From positions 1 through 58,525 of the IMG/VR virus record IMGVR_UViG_3300021197_001797: a stretch of 58,525 nt of DNA. One strand, given 5' to 3'. Made by a program: the position numbers and the translations under genes. Below, piece after piece: positions 1-8,835 of this stretch (position 1 is its first letter; the number at the start of each line of letters is the position of its first letter). The DNA is from a virus (lineage: Duplodnaviria; Caudoviricetes). The notes under the pieces were generated by a model that saw only the letters and a list, made by a program, of their open reading frames with translations, was not told the DNA's origin and did no database searches.

Positions 1-701
1 TGTTCAACTTTACGGGAGCACAGGCTACGTTCACATTGCCTGATCCAACTGTAGGTGGAGACAACTGGTTTTTATATTTAAGAAACTCAGGCTCTGGTGC
101 AATTACAGCAACACCTCCAGGATCTACCACGATTGATAGTGCAAGTACCTTGGCATTTCAACCAGGAGAGTCAGCCATTATAGCTACCGATGGGGTCAAT
201 TTCTTTACCATTGGATTTGGGCAATCGGCTACGTTTGCCTTTGACTACACTGTTATAGACATTCAGGGAAGTGGTGACAAAACACTTACTGGTACAGAGC
301 TTAATAGAGTTGCATACAGATTTACTGGTGCTTTAACTGGGGCAAGAAACATTATTGTTCCTGCTACTGTTCAACAATATTGGATTGATAATAGAACAAC
401 AGGTAGTTACGTTTTAACTGTCAAAGTTTCAGGACAAACCGGCGTGCAAGTTGGACAAAATACAAGAGGCATTTATTACTGTGATGGCTCAGATGTTTTA
501 GATGCTGATACAAGTACAGTTTCTTTTCCAATTGCTGTAAATCAAGGTGGAACAGGGGCAACTACTGCGACAAACGCCTTAATTAATCTAGGCGGTTCTG
601 CAACAGGTAGAGCTATTTTTACGTCAGCATCTCAAGCTGCAGCTTGGTCAGCATTAGGCGTTGCACAAAGTGGAAACATTAATGGTGGGGTATTTCCTTA
701 A
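1..701 (+). CDS. Tail/virion structural protein, 5'-truncated (allele of 55901-57103)
   Basis: Translation aligns with the C-terminal half of 55901-57103; the TTG at 36 is an internal Leu codon. Confidence 0.85.
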   Translation, partial: FNFTGAQATFTLPDPTVGGDNWFLYLRNSGSGAITATPPGSTTIDSASTLAFQPGESAIIATDGVNFFTIGFGQSATFAFDYTVIDIQGSGDKTLTGTELNRVAYRFTGALTGARNIIVPATVQQYWIDNRTTGSYVLTVKVSGQTGVQVGQNTRGIYYCDGSDVLDADTSTVSFPIAVNQGGTGATTATNALINLGGSATGRAIFTSASQAAAWSALGVAQSGNINGGVFP

Positions 702-2123
702 TGCCAGTTCAAACTACCGTCCTTAGATCTGATCCTGGAATCAAACGTGATGGCACTAAGTTTGAAGGCAACAACTATGTGGACGGACAATGGGTGCGTT
801 TTCAAAGAGGATTGCCAAGAAAAATAGGCGGTTATAAAACTACTCAAAAATACTTGTCTGAGATAAGTAGAGGGTTTGCTACTTTTTCACAGATGCTTTT
901 TGTGTATTGTCATTCAGGCGGTGACAACACTTTAGAAAGATTTACATTAGATCAAACAGGCAATAGCTCTATCGTCACTGACAGAACACCTGTTTTAGCT
1001 TATGCCTATGGCACTGTAACACTTGCAGGTGCCAGTGGTGCTGTAGATATGATTGCTGTAGACGGTGTGGACATAATGTCTGGGTCAGTGCCTTTTAACA
1101 CTGACATAAATCAAACAGCTACAGACGTTGCTTCTAATATAAATGCTTTTACTAGCACGCCAAATTATACAGCCAATGCGGTTGGGGCTGTTATTACAAT
1201 AACTTCTGTCACAGGTGGGGATCAAGTTAACGGTTTTATAATTACTAATACTTTAACAAATTTGACAAGCACTATAGTTAATATGGATTATGGAAGTGAT
1301 GCTTTAATAACATCTGTTCACAACTATTGGATGTTTGATTTTCAATACGACTCAAGCACTAATCAAAATTATGTGTTGGCACAGGTTAGCCCAAATGGTG
1401 ATTGCATTTGTAATGATCAAGATGGGCAAATATTTTTTGGCGAGGTGTTAGGAACAAATGTTTTACGATCTGTTTCATTGCCAGCAAATACAAATGTGAC
1501 AGGCGGTATCGTAAGTCTACACCCATATTTATTCTACTACGGAACGGACGGTATTATTGGATGGAGCATTCCAGGAAATCCTACTGATCTAACAGGCACA
1601 GGGTCAGGAAATGCACGAGTATGGGGTCAAAAAATAATAAAAGCACTTCCACTTAGAGCAGGTTCAGGAACAGCACCTGCGGGTCTATTTTGGGCGTTTG
1701 ACGCTGTTATTAGAGCTACTTTTGTAGGTGGAACAGCAATATTTCAATTTGATATTGTAGCAACAGATACTTCTATTTTATCACCATTTTCTCCGATAGA
1801 TTATGACGGTGTTTTTTACTGGGCAGGTGTTGATCGTTTTTATATGTTTAACGGTGTGGTTAGAGAAGTACCTAACTCATTGAATTTAAACTACTTTTTT
1901 GATGGAATTAATCGTAATGCAGCAACAAAATGCTTTGCATATAAAGTTCCAAGGTACGGTGAAATATGGTGGGCGTATCCAAAAGGTACAGCTACCGAAT
2001 GCACGCACGCTGTAGTTTATAACATTCGTGAAAATACATGGTATGACACAGAACTTCCTAATGATGGTCGATCAGCAGGTCAGTTTAACAATTCATTTGC
2101 CGCACCTATATTAACGGGCGTGC
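1..2123. repeat. Left copy of a diverged 2123-bp terminal duplication (partner 56403-58525)
   Basis: Colinear at a constant offset of 56402 with many substitutions; 1997-2123 is identical to 58399-58525 (127 bp). Confidence 0.95.
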
Positions 2124-2887
2124 AATCTTCTCCATTGCCATTAGATCCTACTGAGACATTTGCTGTTACAGTGGTTAATTCTGGTTCTGGTAACAAATAT
2201 AATATGAGTGGTAGCGCACAACCAACTTTAACTTTTAGAGAGGGCAACACTTACCGATTTGATCAATCTGATTCTTCTAACGTAGGTCATCCCTTGCGTC
2301 TGTCTTCAACATCAGATGGTACGCATGGCGGTGGTGTGGAATATACTACGGGTGTAACTGTTGTTGGTGTATTGGGACAAGCAGGTGCATACACACAAAT
2401 TATAGTACCAACTGGAGCACCAACTTTATATTATTATTGTGAAATTCATAGTGGAATGGGTGGTCAAATTAACACAAATGTTAGGGGGATTGGATATAAA
2501 GTTTGGCAACATGAATTTGGAGTAGATGAAATTGATGGTCCTACAATTACACCAATAAAATCATTTTTTGAAACTGCTGATCTTAGCACGCTAACTCAAG
2601 GTGCCAATCGTTATTTGAGAATAACACAAATTGAGCCAGATTTTGTTCAAGTCGGTGACATGACAGTAGAAATTACAGGCCGTGCAAATGCGAGAGCACC
2701 TGAAGTTACAAGTAGCACAGTTTCATTCCCTGCTTCTGCCACACAACCTTATGAGCAAATTGTCATGTTAAAAGAACAAAGAAGAGAATTAAGAGTTAAA
2801 TTTACATCCAATGCTTTGTATGGTGATTATCAGATGGGGCAGATAATAGGTCATATGGATGGTGGTGATGGAACGGATTTAGGGTAA
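701..2887 (+). CDS. Tail nozzle / stabilisation protein (P22 gp10- or T7 gp12-like role) with inserted cupredoxin-like domain
   Basis: 728 aa, beta-rich, EIWWAYP and YNIRENTW motifs typical of podoviral nozzle proteins; lies between tail and ejection genes; TAATG overlap with upstream gene. Confidence 0.7.
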   Translation: MPVQTTVLRSDPGIKRDGTKFEGNNYVDGQWVRFQRGLPRKIGGYKTTQKYLSEISRGFATFSQMLFVYCHSGGDNTLERFTLDQTGNSSIVTDRTPVLAYAYGTVTLAGASGAVDMIAVDGVDIMSGSVPFNTDINQTATDVASNINAFTSTPNYTANAVGAVITITSVTGGDQVNGFIITNTLTNLTSTIVNMDYGSDALITSVHNYWMFDFQYDSSTNQNYVLAQVSPNGDCICNDQDGQIFFGEVLGTNVLRSVSLPANTNVTGGIVSLHPYLFYYGTDGIIGWSIPGNPTDLTGTGSGNARVWGQKIIKALPLRAGSGTAPAGLFWAFDAVIRATFVGGTAIFQFDIVATDTSILSPFSPIDYDGVFYWAGVDRFYMFNGVVREVPNSLNLNYFFDGINRNAATKCFAYKVPRYGEIWWAYPKGTATECTHAVVYNIRENTWYDTELPNDGRSAGQFNNSFAAPILTGVQSSPLPLDPTETFAVTVVNSGSGNKYNMSGSAQPTLTFREGNTYRFDQSDSSNVGHPLRLSSTSDGTHGGGVEYTTGVTVVGVLGQAGAYTQIIVPTGAPTLYYYCEIHSGMGGQINTNVRGIGYKVWQHEFGVDEIDGPTITPIKSFFETADLSTLTQGANRYLRITQIEPDFVQVGDMTVEITGRANARAPEVTSSTVSFPASATQPYEQIVMLKEQRRELRVKFTSNALYGDYQMGQIIGHMDGGDGTDLG

Positions 2888-3120
2888 TGGCTTTAAGTGT
2901 AACTTTGCCTGTAGGAATTGAGTTAACAGATTGGGCAAATTGCTTAATTACAGATTTTGTAGAATTTGGTGCTTTTGATCCTTTAGATGATCCTGAAAAA
3001 TGGCAAGATTGGGGCACTCAATTCCTTAATGCTACGAATTTAGTAGAAGATTTTCCTGACCCATACGCATTTGACAACTGGCAAGATTGGGCTGAACGAT
3101 TTGTTCAGACAACGCTATGA
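2887..3120 (+). CDS. Small acidic Trp-rich hypothetical virion protein
   Basis: 77 aa, coupled to both neighbours, internal WQDW repeat. Confidence 0.7.
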   Translation: MALSVTLPVGIELTDWANCLITDFVEFGAFDPLDDPEKWQDWGTQFLNATNLVEDFPDPYAFDNWQDWAERFVQTTL

Positions 3121-3566
3121 AGTTTATTGGATTTAGTAGAGAAGAAGAGGCTGAAAAGTGGGCAAGAGATAAGCTAGGTATAAAGGGTAACCCTGAATTT
3201 TTTAGGGCTATGTCGGCTGTAGATGATAAAGGTGAATTTGTTTGTGTAGCTATTTTCAACAACTTTACAAAAAGAAATATTGATGTAAACTTCGCTGCAA
3301 AAGAAGGTTATTGGTCAGCACCAAAAGAAACGATAAAAATGTTCAACGCTATATTTACTTACATATTCAAAATATCTGAAGCAGCAAGAGCAACTGCGTT
3401 GGTAGGAGAAAACAATTTAATTTCAAAGAAATTTGTTGCTAAACTTGGCTTTAAACACGAAGGTATAATGAGACGTGCTTATAAAAATAATGAGGATTTA
3501 AACATTTACGGTTTGTTGGCAGATGAATATAAAAACCATACTTGGGCGAGTGTGAGGAACAGATGA
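3117..3566 (+). CDS. GNAT-family (RimJ/RimL-like) acetyltransferase-fold protein
   Basis: N..S.KFVAKLGFKHEGIMR C-terminal GNAT motif; precedes internal virion genes. Confidence 0.75.
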   Translation: MKFIGFSREEEAEKWARDKLGIKGNPEFFRAMSAVDDKGEFVCVAIFNNFTKRNIDVNFAAKEGYWSAPKETIKMFNAIFTYIFKISEAARATALVGENNLISKKFVAKLGFKHEGIMRRAYKNNEDLNIYGLLADEYKNHTWASVRNR

Positions 3567-5548
3567 GCATAAAAGAAGAAATATTAAAAATCACAGTCAA
3601 CGATCCGCAATATCAAGAGTCAATACAACTTATCCAACAACAACTTTCTAACACCAATATTGTTGCAGAAGACTTAGTTGAAGCAATAAAAATGTTGGAG
3701 TATGTGCTTCAAAATCCTGATTCATATGCAGAAGTTCGTCAAGCAGCGATCGCCGATGGCCTTATCGACGAAAATATGTTTCCTCCACAGTTTGATTACG
3801 TTTTGATAATCAGCTTGTTGGCTGTGCTTTACACCATGCAAGACAATTTAGCTCAACAAGGTTATGCAAGAGGTGGTCTTAGAGTAGGAGGAAGACAACT
3901 TGATTTCGGCGGTCAAGGTGGCGACACCATGTTGGCGCACATCAATCCTAGAGAAGCTGAAGTTTTAAGAAGAATGGGTGGGCAAGGATCTGTCAATCCT
4001 AATACAGGATTAAAAGAATACAAAGGTCTTAAAGACGCTTTAATGATAGCTTTGCCTATAGCTTTAACTTTTGTTGCAGGCCCATTAGGTGGTGCGATAG
4101 GCACGTCTTTGACAGCAGGAACAGCTCTCGCAGGAACTATTGCTGCGCCAATACTAGGCGGTGCGATAGTAGGGGCAGGCAGCTCGGCATTGCAAGGGGC
4201 ATTGTCTGGAAACTTGAACTTCAAAGATGTAGCTTTGGGGGCTGTTTCTGGTGGAGTCGGTGGAGCAACTGGCGGCATAGGGAAAATGATAAGCAATGCA
4301 ACTGGCATTGATCCTAACACTGCTAGATATTTAGCTGGAGCAGCAACAGGCGCAGGACAAGCTGCAATAAGAGGAGGCAAAATAGGGCAAGGTGCGTTGT
4401 CTGGGGTAGCTTCTCAAGTTTTTAGAAACCCAATTGCAAATACGACAAAGAGAGCTAGCGAAGCTGTTTTAGATGGTGTGATGGGAATGAAAACAGGATT
4501 GTCTAATTTGACGAGTGGTCCTATGGCTCCAAACACAGGCATGGCTTTCACTGAAATGGGAGATCTCAGTGACGTAGCAGGTTCGTTTCAATCAAGTTCT
4601 GCTCCTCCAATGAATGAAATGTTTTCAAACACTTTTTATAGCGTAGGTGAAAACGGAACATTGACAAATCCTCAAATGAATGTTGAAACAGGTTTAGGTC
4701 CAAACGCTGACCTGATGTATGGGCCTGTTGGAGCTCCTGCAGAGATCAATGCATTAGATCCTGTTGATCCAGGATTTTCACTCAGTGATTCTGTAGAAAA
4801 AGGACTTAGCAAAATGAGGGCGACGTCACAATCTTCTAAATCCCCTGGAAATCCTTTTAATCAAAAAACAAACTCATATTTACAAATGATGCCGAATGCT
4901 TTAGATGATGCAGATCTTATGGGAAATCAAAGCGGAGCTGTCACAGGCCAGCCAGTTAGCATTTTTGACAAAATGAAAGGTGCTTTAGGAAACATAGGAA
5001 TGCAAGAAGTTGCAGGCGCAGCATTGTTAGCAAGTATGTTAGGGGATGCGGGTGCAGCAAAAGTTAAAAATTCTATTTCTGTTATGGATGATGCACAAAA
5101 AGAATATTTCAATCGAAATTTAAGAACTTGGGATTGGCGTAAAATAAATGCTGCTGCAAACGCCAAAGGAACGAATATTAATGAATTTATAACTAATCCT
5201 AAATTTATTGCTGAAGCAGAAAGCGGTATGTTTGATATAAACGCTCCAGTTCCAGGATCTTCAAACCCAATGATGAGAGCAAGAGGTGGCATGAGTCAAA
5301 TAAACAGTTTCGTTTCAGGAGCTGGTTCAGGTCGTGATGACATAATAAATGCAAGACTGTCTGATGGTGAGTTTGTAGTAGATGCTGAAACTGTAGCACT
5401 ATTAGGTGATGGGTCAAACAAAGAAGGTGCAAGAAGGTTAAATCATATGAGAGAAAATTTGCGAGAACACAAAGGGAAAACTTTATCAAAAGGTAAATTT
5501 AGTCCAAATGCAAAAGCACCACTGCAATACATGAGGAGGAGTGCATAA
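3563..5548 (+). CDS. Internal virion (ejection) protein
   Basis: ATGA overlap at 3563; GGDTMLAHINP..GSVNPNTGL motif, Gly/Ala-rich hydrophobic segment, C-terminal GSGRDDIINARLSDGEFV domain. Confidence 0.65.
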   Translation: MSIKEEILKITVNDPQYQESIQLIQQQLSNTNIVAEDLVEAIKMLEYVLQNPDSYAEVRQAAIADGLIDENMFPPQFDYVLIISLLAVLYTMQDNLAQQGYARGGLRVGGRQLDFGGQGGDTMLAHINPREAEVLRRMGGQGSVNPNTGLKEYKGLKDALMIALPIALTFVAGPLGGAIGTSLTAGTALAGTIAAPILGGAIVGAGSSALQGALSGNLNFKDVALGAVSGGVGGATGGIGKMISNATGIDPNTARYLAGAATGAGQAAIRGGKIGQGALSGVASQVFRNPIANTTKRASEAVLDGVMGMKTGLSNLTSGPMAPNTGMAFTEMGDLSDVAGSFQSSSAPPMNEMFSNTFYSVGENGTLTNPQMNVETGLGPNADLMYGPVGAPAEINALDPVDPGFSLSDSVEKGLSKMRATSQSSKSPGNPFNQKTNSYLQMMPNALDDADLMGNQSGAVTGQPVSIFDKMKGALGNIGMQEVAGAALLASMLGDAGAAKVKNSISVMDDAQKEYFNRNLRTWDWRKINAAANAKGTNINEFITNPKFIAEAESGMFDINAPVPGSSNPMMRARGGMSQINSFVSGAGSGRDDIINARLSDGEFVVDAETVALLGDGSNKEGARRLNHMRENLREHKGKTLSKGKFSPNAKAPLQYMRRSA

Positions 5549-6576
5549 TGGGAAGTTTATTTCAAGGTTCGCCACAAACAGCAACTTCTTACGTAGACAG
5601 CACTACGCAAACACCAAAGTGGATGCAAGATGCAATATTCAACCAAGTTCAATTAGCGCAAAATATAGCTAATAAGCCGTTTCAATCTTATGAACTTCCG
5701 ACGGTCGCCGATCTTTCTCCCCTGCAACAACAAGCTTATACAAATGTGCAGGCAAATCAGGGTGCTTATATGCCAGATTTAAATACTGCTCAAGCAGGGT
5801 TGAGAGCGATAGCAGGTTTGACACCAACGGCAGGCACATTATCGAGTGATATTCCTGCAAACACAACTACGGGGATGCTCAAAGCTCAGCCTTATTTTAC
5901 AAAAGCCGACAAAATGGGTTATGACAATATTGAAAATTACATGAATCCATACAACACCCAAGTGATGGATGCAATGGCAAGACAGAGCGCACGGAATTTG
6001 TCAGAAAATTTACTTCCTGCTGTTTCTGACAGTTTTATAAAAGCAGGTCAATTCGGTTCTAGCCGTATGGGTGACATGGGATCTAGAGCTTTGAGAGACA
6101 CTCAAGAGTCTTTGATAAACGCGCAAGCTGATTTGATGAATCGAGGTTACTCACAAGCAATGGCAGCACAGCAAGCTGATCTTTCTAGGATGGGGCAATT
6201 AGGTCAAACTGCGGCAGGAGTTCAAGCAGATGACTTGAGCCGACAAGCTACAGCACTGCAAAACATAGCTGCATTGGGACAGAATAGACAAGCCATGGGT
6301 TACACTGACACTGCAGCATTAGAATCAGCAGGAGCTGTTCAACAGGCTCAAATGCAAAGACAGTTAGGCGCAGCAGAAAAACAATTTTTAGATCAACAAA
6401 TTTATCCAATGCAACAAGCTGATTTTTTAAGCACTCAACTTAAAGGATTAGCCCCGATAACTCCAACAAGAACATTGACATCTAAAGATTCAACTGGAGA
6501 AACGTATTCAGCTTCTCCATTAGCACAAATTGGCTCAGCTTATGCTGCATATCGTGGTTTGAAAGCAATAGAATAG
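5548..6576 (+). CDS. Internal virion / DNA transfer protein
   Basis: Gln/Ala-rich; NYMNPY and AGQFGSSR motifs; strong SD (GAGGAGGAG). Confidence 0.65.
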   Translation: MGSLFQGSPQTATSYVDSTTQTPKWMQDAIFNQVQLAQNIANKPFQSYELPTVADLSPLQQQAYTNVQANQGAYMPDLNTAQAGLRAIAGLTPTAGTLSSDIPANTTTGMLKAQPYFTKADKMGYDNIENYMNPYNTQVMDAMARQSARNLSENLLPAVSDSFIKAGQFGSSRMGDMGSRALRDTQESLINAQADLMNRGYSQAMAAQQADLSRMGQLGQTAAGVQADDLSRQATALQNIAALGQNRQAMGYTDTAALESAGAVQQAQMQRQLGAAEKQFLDQQIYPMQQADFLSTQLKGLAPITPTRTLTSKDSTGETYSASPLAQIGSAYAAYRGLKAIE

Positions 6577-6585
6577 GAGAGCAAA

Positions 6586-8835
6586 ATGGGATATGAATTA
6601 AACAGGTTGATGAGACAGTATGGTTTAGCTACTCCTACTATGGCTCAATACACGGGGGAGATGGGGCCAGACGTTGACATTATTGATGAAGATGAAAATT
6701 CCGACACATTCGGAAATGTGATTGGCGTAACGCCAGGAACATTAACATTTGACCCTGCAAAACAAGCTGAATTTGATGATTATCAAGATCAATATCAATT
6801 TCGTTTAAGCAACAGACCTATGTATGAAAGCTCTCAATTTCGTACAACACCTGCTCAAGAGCAACCCCAAACATACGAAGATATGTTTACAATGTATCTA
6901 GGAAGACAGCCAGGAGATGGAGAAACAAATCGTGGTCCCGTTAGCGATGCCCAACGAAATCAATTTTTAAGAACTTATGAAAATGAATTTGCTAATTTAG
7001 GAATTAACAATACTGGCAACCAACTCGTGGCAGATCAAATTGGTAATTACTACGGTAATATTTTAAGAAATCCAGACTATGTGGGTACACCTACGAACCC
7101 TGTTGACCCATCAGCAGACTTTATCAGAAGAAACCCTAGTGTAATTAATCCTAATCCACCGTTTACTGGCCCAGTTATGACAATAGATCAAGCATATTTT
7201 GATCCTGATAATCCTCCAGTAGTAGATGGAGAAGTTACTGACAATTTTCGTCAATATGCTCAACAACAAGAACAAATTTTAGCTAATTTACAAAACCCAG
7301 TTCCAATTTCTGCTTCTACTTTTACTGATGAGCAGGCACAACTGTTAGATCCAACAGCCCTTGGAAGCAACAATGTTTTTACGGGATTTAATTATTTAAG
7401 CAGAAATCAAGACGTTCTTGGTCATGCAAATAGAGTGGCTGATGCTGAAGGAATTGCTCCAGGCCAAGCACGCACAGATCGCATGAATGAAATAGCTAAA
7501 GATCATTTTGTTGGCTTTGGAAGAGAAGAAGGACGTAGTTGGTACAACAGAGGCGGTGAGGTTAAAGGTTATCGTCATGGTGGTGGGACTATGCCACACT
7601 CTGAAGATGTCATGCAACGTTATGCTTCCGACGCTGGCATGGCTGGAATAGAAGATGCAGGCATAAGAGTAGATATAACAACACCAAAAGCAGAAATTCC
7701 TACGTTAGATCAAATAAGTGAAACTATTGTCACAGGCGAATCGCCGACAAACGAAAGTTTGATTTTAGAAATGTTAGAAAAAGGTGAAATGGCACCAACA
7801 GCTTACGATAATAAATTAGCGCAACAACAACAACAACTTGGCGAAAACACAGCAGCATTTCAAAAAATGATGTTAGATATTGCAGAAGGTCAATCTGCCG
7901 GACCAAGCGAATCAGAGCAATGGTTCAGACTTGCTGCAGCATTGAATGAAAGCAAAGATGGAAGTTTCATGGGCAGTGTTGCAAGTGCAGCAGAAGAATT
8001 TGCTGAAATTGGCAAAGAAAAAAGACAAGCTGGCGTCAAAGGCGATGCGTTGAAATTGCAAGCAGCAAAATATGGCTTAGACACTTTGGAAAAAGCTATA
8101 ACTCAAACTTCTGGTTTGGCTAAAGAGAAAAGAGATGAAATAAGAAACACCCGAAATTATTACAGAGAGTTGATCGACGAACACAAAAAATTTCAAAGAG
8201 ACAAAAAATACGATTTAATGGTTCTCCGCGAAGGACGAGCATTCGATGCAGACAAACCATTAACTACAGCAGCTAAAACTGCTAAAGATATGGGATTACA
8301 AAGAGGCACCCCAGAATACAACGAGTTCGTGCAAAAATATTACGCTGAAGAGCAAGCAATAAGAAAACTAGAAATGCAGGCGATGAAAGCAAACGCTGGC
8401 AGGTTGACAAATCCTGAAATAACTCAACTTGTCGACACTGACACCAAACTAGATGCTGTTAACGAAAGTTTGAGCAATTTGAATGAAGCATTGAAAATAA
8501 ATCCTAAAGCCTATGGAGATTCTTGGACAGACGTTGCAGCGAAATTTGCAAAAGGTGTTTATGCTCCTAACGACGAAAAATATAGAATGAGTGAAAGGCT
8601 AGAGAACTTGCTAACAAAAGGAGCCTTGAGAGTATTGAAGTTAACTTTTGGTGGTAACATCACTGAAGGTGAACGAGCGATTTTGATAAAAGTTCAAGGT
8701 CTAGGAACAAAAAGTGTTAAAGAAAGAGGTGAAATCATAACAGAAGCAGCAAGAGCATTGGTAAATGTTAGGCGAAAACTAGAAGACAGACGAAGACTTA
8801 TAAAGAGTGGCGATTACGTTCGTAAGGAGACATAA
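6586..8835 (+). CDS. Internal virion (ejection) protein with a YLxxNxDV..HF..FG..EGR module
   Basis: 749 aa, AGGAG SD, helical C-terminal half, position in the ejection cluster. Confidence 0.6.
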   Translation: MGYELNRLMRQYGLATPTMAQYTGEMGPDVDIIDEDENSDTFGNVIGVTPGTLTFDPAKQAEFDDYQDQYQFRLSNRPMYESSQFRTTPAQEQPQTYEDMFTMYLGRQPGDGETNRGPVSDAQRNQFLRTYENEFANLGINNTGNQLVADQIGNYYGNILRNPDYVGTPTNPVDPSADFIRRNPSVINPNPPFTGPVMTIDQAYFDPDNPPVVDGEVTDNFRQYAQQQEQILANLQNPVPISASTFTDEQAQLLDPTALGSNNVFTGFNYLSRNQDVLGHANRVADAEGIAPGQARTDRMNEIAKDHFVGFGREEGRSWYNRGGEVKGYRHGGGTMPHSEDVMQRYASDAGMAGIEDAGIRVDITTPKAEIPTLDQISETIVTGESPTNESLILEMLEKGEMAPTAYDNKLAQQQQQLGENTAAFQKMMLDIAEGQSAGPSESEQWFRLAAALNESKDGSFMGSVASAAEEFAEIGKEKRQAGVKGDALKLQAAKYGLDTLEKAITQTSGLAKEKRDEIRNTRNYYRELIDEHKKFQRDKKYDLMVLREGRAFDADKPLTTAAKTAKDMGLQRGTPEYNEFVQKYYAEEQAIRKLEMQAMKANAGRLTNPEITQLVDTDTKLDAVNESLSNLNEALKINPKAYGDSWTDVAAKFAKGVYAPNDEKYRMSERLENLLTKGALRVLKLTFGGNITEGERAILIKVQGLGTKSVKERGEIITEAARALVNVRRKLEDRRRLIKSGDYVRKET

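Noticed and set aside
36-701. Independent 221-aa gene with TTG start
   Set aside because: It is the 3' part of the 400-aa gene seen complete at 55901-57103
1-2123. True direct terminal repeat
   Set aside because: Copies are diverged and cut through genes; physical terminal repeats are identical
3913-5489. Antisense ORFs (also 8952-9293, 35740-36258, 36459-36983, 43395-43949, 47785-48174 and others)
   Set aside because: Shadows of well-supported genes on the opposite strand, with no RBS or motifs
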